A DNA stretch of 64,000 nucleotides from a virus (taxonomy: Duplodnaviria > Caudoviricetes). How positions within the stretch are numbered: the stretch's first letter is position 1; the number at the start of each line of letters is the position of its first letter. The stretch lies in the IMG/VR virus record IMGVR_UViG_3300014206_000007, positions 96,001 through 160,000 of that record. One strand, given 5' to 3'. Below are positions 10,296 to 20,841 of the stretch, in pieces. The notes beneath the pieces were generated by a model. It ran no database searches. It was not told the DNA's origin and saw only the letters and a program-made list of their open reading frames with translations. The translations under genes were made by a program, and so were the position numbers.

Positions 10296-11189
10296 ATGAT
10301 AAATATGAATATTGAAAAAGTTGAATATGTTTCTATATTCGATACATATACACAACATGAAAATGAATTAAATAAAATATATAATATGGATTACGCTATG
10401 GAAGCGGCTGAAGATAATTCAATAAATAAAGATAAAAATATATCACCTGATAGTATAGACGAAACTTTATCTACAAAAATATCAAATTTAATAGAAAAGA
10501 TATCGGAGTTTATCGAGAATTTAATAATGTCGCTTAAGAATAAATTCAGACAGTTAATGGTAACTGATAAAGGATTTGCTAAAGAACTAACTACTATGCA
10601 ACGTGATAGAAAACCTTTAAATGCAGTTAAAGTTATTAACTATCAATATATACCAGAGTTATTAACTGCTCAATATGGTAAAATAAAAACAGTTTCAACT
10701 AGACTAGTATCTAAGGCAAATGGAAGTGTAACAAATGATCCAAATAGTCCATTGTTATTAGATAATGGTGAATTTGAAATAATGCTTTTAAAGGAAATTG
10801 GATTTACTGAAGGAAAAACTTTTAAAGAATATTTAGATTATATTAAAAGAACTTTCCGAGGAGAAAAAAAAGAAGTCACTATTTTAAAATCTCAAATTCC
10901 AGTATATAAGAAAAATGTTGATGGATATAAAGAGTTATATACAACATTAAATACTGACCTTGTAGATTTAAAAAGTGATATATCTAATTTAAAGAATAAG
11001 ACTAAATTATCATTAAGAAATAAAAATTCTGAGGAAATAGATAAGAAAAAAATTATTATGCAAATTAGAAATCTTAGTAATTTATATAACTTTTTCCTTA
11101 GCTATATCAATCTTTACCACGAATTATCAGTTGAGCTTATGCTGAGTTCGAGGATAATATTACGAAAAATGTATCAAATGCAGAGATGA
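10296..11189 (+). CDS. Probable internal head protein
   Basis: AMEA motif followed by amphipathic helix KISEFIENLIMSLK, as in phiKZ-type internal proteins; late promoter. Confidence 0.55.
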   Translation: MINMNIEKVEYVSIFDTYTQHENELNKIYNMDYAMEAAEDNSINKDKNISPDSIDETLSTKISNLIEKISEFIENLIMSLKNKFRQLMVTDKGFAKELTTMQRDRKPLNAVKVINYQYIPELLTAQYGKIKTVSTRLVSKANGSVTNDPNSPLLLDNGEFEIMLLKEIGFTEGKTFKEYLDYIKRTFRGEKKEVTILKSQIPVYKKNVDGYKELYTTLNTDLVDLKSDISNLKNKTKLSLRNKNSEEIDKKKIIMQIRNLSNLYNFFLSYINLYHELSVELMLSSRIILRKMYQMQR

Positions 11190-11301
11190 TTATAAACAAT
11201 ATCGTAAGTATGAAAATACTTCCAACCCTACTTGTTGGTTACCTGTTTCTCTCCATGTTTTTCATTTTTGTATTTCTCCTTGATCAGTACGCTAAAGAAA
11301 T

Positions 11302-11339
11302 GATAAAAGTATATACTATTCAGAGTATATACTTTTATC
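11302..11339. terminator. Bidirectional intrinsic terminator
   Basis: 16-bp stem, 6-nt loop, between convergent genes. Confidence 0.7.
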
Positions 11340-11354
11340 GCCCTTTTTTTGCTA

Positions 11355-11636
11355 TTATTGAGTCATAACTTCCATTATACGATTCGGCTCAATATGAGCT
11401 TCTTTACAAATAATACAACACCCTTCATTAACTACACATTCTAATCCAGTTAAATTAACCTTTAAACATACTTTTCCATAAGTGAATTGAGGGCTTTCAG
11501 TAAACCAAGTCCAATACATCCTTTTGATTTTAGGGTTGGGGTGTTGATATGCATATTTAATAGGATCAAATCCTTTTTTTAAAATCTTTTTATATCGTGT
11601 TAATTTTGTCGAATGATATCCTATCAATTCTTTCAT
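11355..11636 (-). CDS. Small putative ADP-ribosyltransferase-fold protein
   Basis: GYHST...KILKKGF, WFT, C-terminal HIEPNRI resemble minimal H-clade ART/KptA-like patterns. Confidence 0.45.
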   Translation of the reverse strand: MKELIGYHSTKLTRYKKILKKGFDPIKYAYQHPNPKIKRMYWTWFTESPQFTYGKVCLKVNLTGLECVVNEGCCIICKEAHIEPNRIMEVMTQ

Positions 11637-11652
11637 AGAATCACCTTTTTTT

Positions 11653-14166
11653 TTATTTCTTTTTATAAATTTTCCTTTCTATTGGTTCATCATGTGTTTC
11701 AACAAAATCTTCTTCTGTATTTTCATCTTCGTCATCAATTTCGGTATCTTCCTCAAATACTTGAGTATTCTTACCCTTAGTAGTGCGAATCAACATTTCT
11801 TTTATATCAGTGCTTATATCCATTTCTTTTATATGTTGAAGATTAAATACATAGTCCCATGCAATATCCTGTCTTTCTCCCTCGTATGTTTCAATTAATG
11901 TTACAGATGATAAATACTTATTATACTCATTAAATAAAGTAACATACATTAGTTTATTCAATGGTGTATCATAAATTATATACTTATCAATGTATAATGG
12001 TGCAATAGCATCAATTAAAACGTCTTCAGTCTTATCACATTCACGGACAAATTTAATTTTTAATCCAATTGCTTTTAGTTTAGCATTTAAAATATCAGCA
12101 TTTGCATTAATAAAATTATCTTTAATATCAAGTTGCTTTAATTCAAGTGGATTGCCATCAGTTTCTAATATTCTATCTAATGATTTTCTTCCTAATGTAG
12201 AAGATCTCATAAAGATATTCCATTCTGCCAATGTAGTACCACTTATAGAACTCATTAGATTATATATTTCGGATAATCTAATTGGCGATCTTGCATATGA
12301 TGAACGATTAGTTTTCTTTGCAATATCTTTAGTTGGTAGATTAGCACGATTAACTCTAAATGTACTTCTTGCTGAGAAGTTTTTATTACTATTCTGCTTT
12401 AGAATTATCATGTATTTATCTCCAACTATTCCATCTTTTATAATTCTTCGTTTCGTTGTACCAAATATATTGATGTATAATGGTAATGGTTTAATGAAAC
12501 TAAATTCATCATATAAAGTAGCAATCGTTTCATAACGAATCATTGCATCTGGTGGCTTTACAATATAAAAACCATTCGTTTCAATATCTCGAATGAAGTC
12601 TTTTTTACCTTTTGGATCTAATAAATTTATGTTAATACCTTTTTTATTTACTACCTTATCAAGGGAATGATAATAATTTTTATAGAAATCACATTCATCT
12701 TTATTAACTATTTCAAGAAATCTAAATATTATATCTAGTTTATCTTGATCATTATCTAAAGTACAAATTCTCTTTCTTAATTCTTCCCCTACAAAATTTA
12801 ATTCAACTTCAACTAATTGTCCAGTGTTTAGTCTACGAATTGAACCACTCATATTTAGTATTATATCTACTGGAAAATCATCAGTGTATGGCATCTTATC
12901 ATCATCGACGATGGCAATGCTCTTAGATAATTTATCCCTTTCTTCTTCAGTGGACTCCTTGCCCATCATTCCTAATATATTATTATAAACTTCAGTTTGT
13001 ACTGGTTCAGTTATTCTAGAGATAACACCTTTATCTCCATAACGTCCAGCAATTTTTGAACCTGGGGCAAGTTCTATTAATGATTTTACCTTAAAAATTA
13101 TAAGCATATTACTAAATTCTTTATCTTTATTTTTCCATTTGTATTCAGAGTCATTAAAGTGCATATGCTTTGATCTAAAATATGTCACATTATTTGTAAA
13201 TTTAGACCCTGATTCTTTTATATCAGTTGCCCATTGATATATTTTATTTGAATATTCGCAGATATCATCATAATAAAGTTTAAGCTGATGATAAAATATG
13301 TTATCTGGGAATGGTTCAGATTTGTTATAATATATATCAATATCATAAATCTCACTATCGTGAGTAACAAAGAAATCCGTATCAGTACTATTTATTTCTT
13401 TCATATACTGAGGTTGAAAATCATATAATAAATGGTTCTTATTTATTCTTCTAGTAGCACATAATGTACTATTAATAACTCTTTCACCAACATTTGGAAA
13501 TGCTTGATATTTATCATCATTACCATATAAATTTAACGGAATATCGTTATCGTTTATAGGAACTACGACTTCATCAACTTCTGATGATATAACTTGATTG
13601 GCCCACCCTTTTCTAATTACGACAGCATCTTCAAGGGTATCATTACTAGTACTATAATACACTTTGGCATTTTTACCATAACGATAATTCATATGCTCAT
13701 CATACGAGGTTGATTTATACAATATTTCATCCTTAATAGTATCTCCAACAGATAGAGCATCCATTCTTTCAGTATTATATAAATAACCAAATTTCTCAGT
13801 AAGGTTTTCAGCAACCTTTTTCTCTATTATATCATAAGTATCAGTCATCTTATTATATAATATTAATGTGTAGATAGTTTTATTATTACTAAATTTATAT
13901 ATAATATCCTCAACAGTCCACGTTCCCGTCAACTTTTTATATGCGGTATTATATTTTCCTATAATGTTTTCAAATCCAGTTTGGACTCTAGGAATATCGG
14001 GATTCAATAATGTCAAGACCTGCTTTAAGTTTGATGTAAACATATATCCTCTTGAACTATCACAGTCAAGTGGATATCCAAGTAAAGTAGGACCAAACAT
14101 TTTATACATCTGATCTCCGTATTCATCATCCATTTTAATTAATGCATCTTTTAAATTTACAGACAT
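11653..14166 (-). CDS. Non-virion RNA polymerase beta subunit, C-terminal part
   Basis: DSSRGYMFTSNLKQ (cf. DANRALMGSNMQRQ), EDAVVI, GSKIAGRYGDKGVIS, VDIILN, FSARS; split-subunit architecture as in phiKZ/AR9. Confidence 0.9.
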   Translation of the reverse strand: MSVNLKDALIKMDDEYGDQMYKMFGPTLLGYPLDCDSSRGYMFTSNLKQVLTLLNPDIPRVQTGFENIIGKYNTAYKKLTGTWTVEDIIYKFSNNKTIYTLILYNKMTDTYDIIEKKVAENLTEKFGYLYNTERMDALSVGDTIKDEILYKSTSYDEHMNYRYGKNAKVYYSTSNDTLEDAVVIRKGWANQVISSEVDEVVVPINDNDIPLNLYGNDDKYQAFPNVGERVINSTLCATRRINKNHLLYDFQPQYMKEINSTDTDFFVTHDSEIYDIDIYYNKSEPFPDNIFYHQLKLYYDDICEYSNKIYQWATDIKESGSKFTNNVTYFRSKHMHFNDSEYKWKNKDKEFSNMLIIFKVKSLIELAPGSKIAGRYGDKGVISRITEPVQTEVYNNILGMMGKESTEEERDKLSKSIAIVDDDKMPYTDDFPVDIILNMSGSIRRLNTGQLVEVELNFVGEELRKRICTLDNDQDKLDIIFRFLEIVNKDECDFYKNYYHSLDKVVNKKGININLLDPKGKKDFIRDIETNGFYIVKPPDAMIRYETIATLYDEFSFIKPLPLYINIFGTTKRRIIKDGIVGDKYMIILKQNSNKNFSARSTFRVNRANLPTKDIAKKTNRSSYARSPIRLSEIYNLMSSISGTTLAEWNIFMRSSTLGRKSLDRILETDGNPLELKQLDIKDNFINANADILNAKLKAIGLKIKFVRECDKTEDVLIDAIAPLYIDKYIIYDTPLNKLMYVTLFNEYNKYLSSVTLIETYEGERQDIAWDYVFNLQHIKEMDISTDIKEMLIRTTKGKNTQVFEEDTEIDDEDENTEEDFVETHDEPIERKIYKKK

Positions 14167-14169
14167 TTA

Positions 14170-14634
14170 CTAATAACCCCCTAAATTGTTATTGATTATT
14201 AATTCTTTTCGTACTCTCATAAGGATTTTACCTAGCTTATTTTCTCCTTTTCCATTGCATATTCCCCAATATGTATCACCCCAGTCATTTCCTTCTTCTA
14301 TTTTCATTGGATAAGTACTTATTAAGAAATCTCGCATATGAGGATTTCTGGTAAATTTATCTTTTACTATTTGATACATAATATCATCCTTTACACTACT
14401 CCAATCTGGACGTATGTCCACTGCTTTTCCACGTTTCATTGCATCTACTGGAGATAATGAGGTAAATATTTTTCTATTCTTTTTGCATAATACCTTTGCT
14501 GATTGATATGCCGCTTCACTACTTTTATAACATATTCCATCGTAGTAAACCACGATGTTACGATCATAGAAATTGGAAAGTGGGGAGTACTTGCCCCTGA
14601 ACTCCCCAATTTTATAATAATATTTTTTATTCAT
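14170..14634 (-). CDS. NADAR (YbiA-like) family hydrolase
   Basis: LSNFY, SEAAYQSAK, RPDW, KF, DTYWG, GENKLGKILMRVR. Confidence 0.9.
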   Translation of the reverse strand: MNKKYYYKIGEFRGKYSPLSNFYDRNIVVYYDGICYKSSEAAYQSAKVLCKKNRKIFTSLSPVDAMKRGKAVDIRPDWSSVKDDIMYQIVKDKFTRNPHMRDFLISTYPMKIEEGNDWGDTYWGICNGKGENKLGKILMRVRKELIINNNLGGY

Positions 14635-14653
14635 AATATCGCCTTAGATAACT

Positions 14654-15859
14654 TTATTTATCCCATTCATCATCTAACATATCACCATATCTAATAGTTT
14701 CTTCTTTAGTAAGTTCTTTAGTACCTAGTAGTGCTTCAAAATAAGGTCTTAATGTTGTTAATACTCCATTTCTAAAATCGGATTCATTAATGAATTTAGT
14801 CCTAAATAATTTCCTACTAAATTTCATTGTATCTAATCCTGTTAGATATAAATATGGATTTCTTCCTTGAATGATTCCGATTGAATCGGCATATTCATAT
14901 AATGAATATATTGGATCAAATCCGATATCTTTATTAAATGCAATATCAATTGTAGAGCCAATGAAGTTTGATTTAGTTTTAGCAATTTGGACTGTTGCTT
15001 TAAATCCTTCAAATCCAACTTCTGATTTATCATACATATTGGATTTTATCATACTGATTCTAAAATAATTCTGAGAATAAAATTGAGTAGCTTTTCCTTT
15101 TGGAAGTACTTCACTTGGTCCCAGCATCAACATACCTTTTGGCGGAACTTTAAATTTATTAGTCTCAACGTTTTCTAATATATGATTGATAGTTATCATA
15201 TTAATATTATATTTCAGCATTCTATCTAAGCAGTTATTATAGAAACGTTTTAAATCCTTTGCTGCTCTTGCAGGGTCCATATTGGTTCCTAACTCATCAA
15301 CTTCAGTACTATTTGAATTGAATGATGGTAACGAATCGATAATAAATACTGTTGGAATATAAACTTTAAACGGTTTCCCATCATATGACATATCTTTTAT
15401 TTCATATTTATATTTATCTCCACCAGATTCTTTCAATTCGCAAATCTGATTAAACATATCGAGTACATCTTCTATGGTTGTATTTTGATTTTTTAAGATG
15501 ATTCGTTCATCATCCATGTTTGTGCCGGTTATTCTAATCAATCTTTGTTTTAATGCCGTTCTTTCAGCATCAATGTGAAATAATAAGCTATCTTCAAATG
15601 ATTTAACTATACTGAATCCTATTTGATCAGCTAATGTAGTCTTACCAGTACCAGTATTGCCCATTATTCCAGTAAATGATCCGCCACGTATTCCTAACAT
15701 CGGAACCATTTTACTATTTCCTTTTGCATCTCTTACTTCTTGCCAAAATCCATTGGCATAATCCAATGGTAATATACCAGTTGAATATGTTACAAATTGG
15801 TCATCTGATGTAAATAGACCAGCTTTATCTTTACCTTTTAATTCTGCTAATAATCCCAT
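14654..15859 (-). CDS. RecA/UvsX-like recombinase
   Basis: TGILPLDY, Walker A GNTGTGKTT, IDAE, Walker B IIDSL, INH. Confidence 0.85.
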   Translation of the reverse strand: MGLLAELKGKDKAGLFTSDDQFVTYSTGILPLDYANGFWQEVRDAKGNSKMVPMLGIRGGSFTGIMGNTGTGKTTLADQIGFSIVKSFEDSLLFHIDAERTALKQRLIRITGTNMDDERIILKNQNTTIEDVLDMFNQICELKESGGDKYKYEIKDMSYDGKPFKVYIPTVFIIDSLPSFNSNSTEVDELGTNMDPARAAKDLKRFYNNCLDRMLKYNINMITINHILENVETNKFKVPPKGMLMLGPSEVLPKGKATQFYSQNYFRISMIKSNMYDKSEVGFEGFKATVQIAKTKSNFIGSTIDIAFNKDIGFDPIYSLYEYADSIGIIQGRNPYLYLTGLDTMKFSRKLFRTKFINESDFRNGVLTTLRPYFEALLGTKELTKEETIRYGDMLDDEWDK

Positions 15860-15979
15860 ACTTTTTAATTTCCTCCTCTTTAATCATTATACAAATAATA
15901 TATTCTCAAAATGAATTTATATCATTTGCTATATAAATTTGTTAAATTGATAATATTTTTATAGTAAAATATATAAAAA

Positions 15980-16017
15980 AAAATATAACGATTAGGAAAT
16001 CCTAATCGTTATATTTT
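15980..16017. terminator. Intrinsic terminator
   Basis: About 17-bp inverted repeat with adjacent A-run, downstream of 16038..16958. Confidence 0.7.
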
Positions 16018-16037
16018 GAGAGAGGTGCGGCAACTCG

Positions 16038-16958
16038 TTATTTATGTTTTCTTTTTCTATCGTTTTTCCTCGTTACTCTGAAATCTTCATTGAATGTCAT
16101 CTGCTGAATCATTTCATCAAGACGGTCATTCTTAGGATCATTTACTTTAGGAGCCTGAGGTTTATTTGGTTTGCTAAAATTTTGTTTCTGCTGTTGTGTG
16201 TTTGGTTTATTTTGATATTTTGGCTTTTGTGTTTCTACGTACTTTGGCTGTTCGCTGTCTTTGGCTTCTCCGAATTTATTTTCTTTATTTATTCTGAATT
16301 GTTTGTAAAGTTGAGTGTCTCTGAACTTACTAGTGTCAATTGCCTCAACTTTATCAGAAGTAGTATTGCAGCTAAACTGGTCTTTTGTAATGTTCAAAGT
16401 CAATTTGTTTTGAACGCTACATCTGTCTTTATCTGGATCATTGTCATCGCAACGTGAATAAGCTTCGATTTCAATGTTGATGTTATCAGTGTGATACTTG
16501 TGGTCTTGGTCAAAGAGATTCATGTTTGGCTCAATTACCAAGTAAAGTATTTTTTGATATTTGTTATTGCTGAACTGAATATTGCGGCTATCTGAGGACG
16601 CAATAAGTCCCTTATAAATGCGGTATTGCTTTGAATATTCAATAGGCTTTATAATTCCATTAAACGGGAATGCTATTAAGAAGACATTATCGTCCCGTTT
16701 AGAAAAACTGTTAGCTCTAATCAAAACACTACGTTTGCCGTTTTCATTATCTCTAACAGAGATACTTTGTTTAAAGGAGGTGTATTCTTTTGATGCGCTT
16801 AATAATCTGAGAACTTGCCTTCCCCTCAGTTCATCTTTTATCTGTCTTGAAGCCTGTGGAGTCGTAAAAATGTCCAGTTGATACAATTTCTCCTGGTTTG
16901 CTGCTTCCTTTTCGGAACTTTTGAAATTAAATAATTCTTGGTTAATGATATTTAGCAT
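16038..16958 (-). CDS. Hypothetical protein with low-complexity basic C-terminal tail; paralog of 17035..17844
   Basis: Shared MLxIxNxExFxF start and PxNGI...YxxY...KxLYL block. Confidence 0.75.
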   Translation of the reverse strand: MLNIINQELFNFKSSEKEAANQEKLYQLDIFTTPQASRQIKDELRGRQVLRLLSASKEYTSFKQSISVRDNENGKRSVLIRANSFSKRDDNVFLIAFPFNGIIKPIEYSKQYRIYKGLIASSDSRNIQFSNNKYQKILYLVIEPNMNLFDQDHKYHTDNINIEIEAYSRCDDNDPDKDRCSVQNKLTLNITKDQFSCNTTSDKVEAIDTSKFRDTQLYKQFRINKENKFGEAKDSEQPKYVETQKPKYQNKPNTQQQKQNFSKPNKPQAPKVNDPKNDRLDEMIQQMTFNEDFRVTRKNDRKRKHK

Positions 16959-17034
16959 ACTTATTAATCTCCTTTATATAATTTTTTTATTAATAAACTT
17001 AATTAACTGTATGAGATATATAAATAATTATTAT

Positions 17035-17844
17035 TTATCTCAATTTTGCTGACATCATGCCACCCTTTTTTGATAAGTTTTCTGGAATATCGGATAGACA
17101 GAACATGCCCTTGCCATAGTACTCAAATAAATCTTGTCTTTCTTCAGAACCTTTACACAACACAAATGATGTTAATTTATTATAAACTATGTCTATATTA
17201 TTAATAGACTTCAATTCTGCATTATTGAATATTGTATTCAATGCGAAATGATGAGTATTTAATAATCTAATATTATTTTCCGAATCAGTAAATATGAATT
17301 CGGAGAATGAGAAATATGCATCTATATCTACTAGTAGATATAATAATTTGTCACAAAATCCATTCAGCCATTTAAATGGTCTTTGTTTCAAGACAATTAA
17401 TGATGCATTGTATAATTTATAATATTCTGATTTTTTAATCTGCCTTAAAATTCCATTGCATGGAATTGCACCAATCAGTAATATTTTTTCAGGATAGTCG
17501 TCTCTATTTTCTGTGATTTGCTCAAATATCAAAGTATGATATTTATTGTCATTTTTAAATAATGCTGTTAATCTTTCATAGTTATTATCAGTTGTATACA
17601 TGCTATGCTGTTTGAAATTGGAAGTTTGTAATTTTTCAATAATCATTTCTTCGTCCGCAGCCTTCATATAGTCAAATTCCGATTTGATAATAATAGATGC
17701 AAATGGAACTTTCCTATATTGTGGCAATTCAAAATTTTTCGGATCGGTGAATAGACTTATTAAAGTGAAATAACAGCCTTCTTCTTGATTGAAAATTGTC
17801 TCAGTTTCAAATCGAAAGAATTCGGGATTTAATATTTTCAACAT
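17035..17844 (-). CDS. Hypothetical protein; paralog of 16038..16958
   Basis: 269-aa ORF, RBS, shared motifs. Confidence 0.75.
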   Translation of the reverse strand: MLKILNPEFFRFETETIFNQEEGCYFTLISLFTDPKNFELPQYRKVPFASIIIKSEFDYMKAADEEMIIEKLQTSNFKQHSMYTTDNNYERLTALFKNDNKYHTLIFEQITENRDDYPEKILLIGAIPCNGILRQIKKSEYYKLYNASLIVLKQRPFKWLNGFCDKLLYLLVDIDAYFSFSEFIFTDSENNIRLLNTHHFALNTIFNNAELKSINNIDIVYNKLTSFVLCKGSEERQDLFEYYGKGMFCLSDIPENLSKKGGMMSAKLR

Positions 17845-17912
17845 TTTATTTCAGGTCTCCTTTCAGAAATATAAAGAGCTTACCAATAAAGTAAGCTCTT
17901 TATCAATTTTAA

Positions 17913-18911
17913 TTATTCGTCAATTTTCCCACGTTTTAATATTTCAGATATTTTATCTGAGTAACGATCAATTGTATTATTCAATTTCGGGAATACTGAA
18001 TTATTGATTGATAATAAATCGACTCTCAAATCAAATGATTTGTTAGCAAACATCTTATCTATTCTTTTAATATACAATTCCAACATCTGACTTCTTAATG
18101 CATCTGGAGCATCATTCAATTCCTGTAAAGCAAATTCAGTTAATGAATCCCAGCAATCTCTAACTGCATCAGAGTTTTTATATTTATCAATTCTATGAAC
18201 TCCTTCGAGCAATATGAAAGTTGCTGCTTCAACAACATTTTCTTTACCGAATATCTCTTTGAAGAATGGTCTCCATTTGATAATTTTGCGGTCAAACTGA
18301 TTATATGAGGATATATCTGCATATACTGAATTAAGTAAATTATTTAGATAATATCCAATTTTAAATTTATCAACGTATTTCGGTTGTGGAACGCTGTAAA
18401 AAGCAGTATAGCAAATAAATTTTGGTATATTTGTATCGCCTGCCAATCTCTTAGCATCTTTCTTGACAATCTGCTTTGCGGATCGTACTAAATCGCTGAT
18501 ATATTTATTGTATTTCTCAATAGTTTCATTGAAGTCTTTAACTTCTTTATTGTTTAAGTTGCCTTCCTTTTTCCTTCTAGCAACTTCATTAACATTTGCG
18601 GCATTACTTTCGATTGCAATATTTGCCAATGTGTAAATAAATGTAGCATGGGACCTGTTAAATTCCCCATAACCAACTTCTTCAATCATTTCATTGATTG
18701 CTTTTATAACTTTTGGCTTTGTTAATACTGCATACAGATTGTTTACCTGAGTCATTAGATTTTGTGAGGCATTTCCCTGTTGATTTGGTTGGAATAGCCA
18801 CAAAACAAATTCTTCGTCTAAGAATAAGTTTTTGAGAAATCTAACTCTCTTCTTATTCTTCATACCATCAATTTTTGATAGTGATTCTAATGCATAATCA
18901 TAATCAAACAT
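17913..18911 (-). CDS. Hypothetical alpha-helical protein
   Basis: 332-aa ORF, strong RBS, N-terminal ALES motif; both early and late-like motifs upstream. Confidence 0.75.
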   Translation of the reverse strand: MFDYDYALESLSKIDGMKNKKRVRFLKNLFLDEEFVLWLFQPNQQGNASQNLMTQVNNLYAVLTKPKVIKAINEMIEEVGYGEFNRSHATFIYTLANIAIESNAANVNEVARRKKEGNLNNKEVKDFNETIEKYNKYISDLVRSAKQIVKKDAKRLAGDTNIPKFICYTAFYSVPQPKYVDKFKIGYYLNNLLNSVYADISSYNQFDRKIIKWRPFFKEIFGKENVVEAATFILLEGVHRIDKYKNSDAVRDCWDSLTEFALQELNDAPDALRSQMLELYIKRIDKMFANKSFDLRVDLLSINNSVFPKLNNTIDRYSDKISEILKRGKIDE

Positions 18912-19050
18912 AATTTCACTTCTCCTTTTAATTTAAAATTTGATTTTTCCTCATTTTATATGATTTAATAGAAATGTTAATCCGTCTATTAAATCTTATA
19001 CTACACCAATAATATATAGTTCTATTCTTTATTCTCGAAAATTATGATAA

Positions 19051-20226
19051 TTAGTTAAAATATTTATCGAGAATGCCATTATTTATTTTTGGTTCATCCT
19101 TGTCTTTCTCAGTAATAATTTTATGAGAACGATTATTAAGAAACTCAATACTACCAACATCTGCTGTTAAATCGACCTTTTTAGTTCTTTTTAACAACTC
19201 TTCATGCTGAGCAATTTTATTTTTTGATAATGATATTCTTGAATAAGGTAAACTCATACCTGATAAAATTGTAATGAATTGGCCATAATTAGCATCCGCA
19301 ACCGAATAGTTTTCAAATATCGATAATGGAATACCTGCATACTCAGTTAATTCATTATAATTACCAGTTCTAGTTGCTTCCATCATCTCATCAGGACAGT
19401 TTACTATAACTCCAAGTTGTTTTATTATCTTATCCCTCTGAATTTGAACTGCCGGACTATTCTTAATCTTATTAATCATGTATGATTGAATACTAAATTT
19501 ATCAACTTGAGCCATAGTCATATTGTTAAGCATAAACGTAGCCATATAACCAGATTCCCAAATAATAGTTCTCATGTCATTCTCATCAATCATTCCGCTA
19601 TTAGAAGGATTTAAGTAGTCACCACGAATAATATTAATTGATTCCATAATATGCTTACCAATTTCATCATATGCAACATTATTAGGAATGTCTTCATAAT
19701 ACATTAAGTCAGCTAATAGATATGGAACATTGCATTCAGTAATTTCGGACATACATTGTATTGTATTAGCCTGAGCCATAATTGAATCCGATAATTTCGG
19801 CAATATCCCATAAAAGATAATATTTTTATTAGGATAAATATTAGTAAAAAGTTTTATTAGTTCAGGTGAAACACCAGAACCGGTTCCGCCGGAAGTTGCC
19901 GCAACTACAAATATAACATCAGAAGAATTAACCATATCAGAAAAATCACTAACACCAAATAAATCCTTACCATTTAACTTAAATAATTCCTTTGCTTTTT
20001 CTCTATTTTTTCCAGCACCCCTAGCCTCATTACCAATTATAAATGCAGGGATTTCTTCATTTATAATTGAATCAGATAAATCTTTAATACTTGAATTGAT
20101 TGCAAAAACTGGATATTTATCCGCAATTGCTTTTTCAACTATCTGATTTCCTGCATTACCAACTCCAATGATACTAATTTTCAGTTTAACATCTTTTTCT
20201 AGATAACCTTTAATAACTTCTCCCAT
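19051..20226 (-). CDS. Tubulin/FtsZ-family GTPase (PhuZ/TubZ-like)
   Basis: GVGNAGNQI, GAGKNR, SGGTGSG signature, T7-like IDENDM. Confidence 0.92.
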   Translation of the reverse strand: MGEVIKGYLEKDVKLKISIIGVGNAGNQIVEKAIADKYPVFAINSSIKDLSDSIINEEIPAFIIGNEARGAGKNREKAKELFKLNGKDLFGVSDFSDMVNSSDVIFVVAATSGGTGSGVSPELIKLFTNIYPNKNIIFYGILPKLSDSIMAQANTIQCMSEITECNVPYLLADLMYYEDIPNNVAYDEIGKHIMESINIIRGDYLNPSNSGMIDENDMRTIIWESGYMATFMLNNMTMAQVDKFSIQSYMINKIKNSPAVQIQRDKIIKQLGVIVNCPDEMMEATRTGNYNELTEYAGIPLSIFENYSVADANYGQFITILSGMSLPYSRISLSKNKIAQHEELLKRTKKVDLTADVGSIEFLNNRSHKIITEKDKDEPKINNGILDKYFN

Positions 20227-20237
20227 TTTAAAGTCTC

Positions 20238-20459
20238 CTATAGTTTAATTTTAAGTTTCTGATAATATTTTAATTTTGCCCAATTTTTATAATTATTAAG
20301 CAGATTATCAGTATTCATTCTACGATAAAAACTATTCTTTATTCTAATAAGATATTCTGTTACTAAATTATCCCAATCAATATTATCAAAATTTCTTGAA
20401 TTGAGTTGCCTAGTAAAATAATTATCGTATTTATTTAAAGAATGATAACCCATTTTCAA
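20238..20459 (-). CDS. Hypothetical protein
   Basis: 73-aa ORF in operon with tubulin, RBS. Confidence 0.55.
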   Translation of the reverse strand: MKMGYHSLNKYDNYFTRQLNSRNFDNIDWDNLVTEYLIRIKNSFYRRMNTDNLLNNYKNWAKLKYYQKLKIKL

Positions 20460-20474
20460 ATCACCCTTTCACAC

Positions 20475-20750
20475 TTAATCTAAAGATTTAGTGATCATAA
20501 TCTCTTTAGAATCAGCATCGTGATAAACATCAAAACCATCATCATGTAAATTCATTGCATCTGTAATTGTAAATTTTTGCTTTTCATCCGATGACTTGAG
20601 TATTATCTTATTAACTGCCTTTGTATCTGCATCACGATAAACTTCGAGGTCGCCTGGAAATTCTTTTTTGATTTCACCTAATATAAACTCTACCTCTTCC
20701 TCAGTTGCCTTAAAATTAATCACAACTTCATTTTCATTGCTTTTCATCAC
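20475..20750 (-). CDS. Hypothetical acidic protein
   Basis: 91-aa ORF behind early promoter 20831-20840. Confidence 0.65.
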   Translation of the reverse strand: MMKSNENEVVINFKATEEEVEFILGEIKKEFPGDLEVYRDADTKAVNKIILKSSDEKQKFTITDAMNLHDDGFDVYHDADSKEIMITKSLD

Positions 20751-20841
20751 ATTTCACCATACCTTTCAAAAGAATTTAAAGAATATAATAGCTATAAGTT
20801 AATATAGCTATTATATTCATTTTCAACTAAATAATATATCA

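Noticed and set aside
11186-11368. 60-aa hydrophobic ORF after 10296..11189
   Set aside because: It runs through the terminator hairpin and into the convergent gene; support is insufficient.
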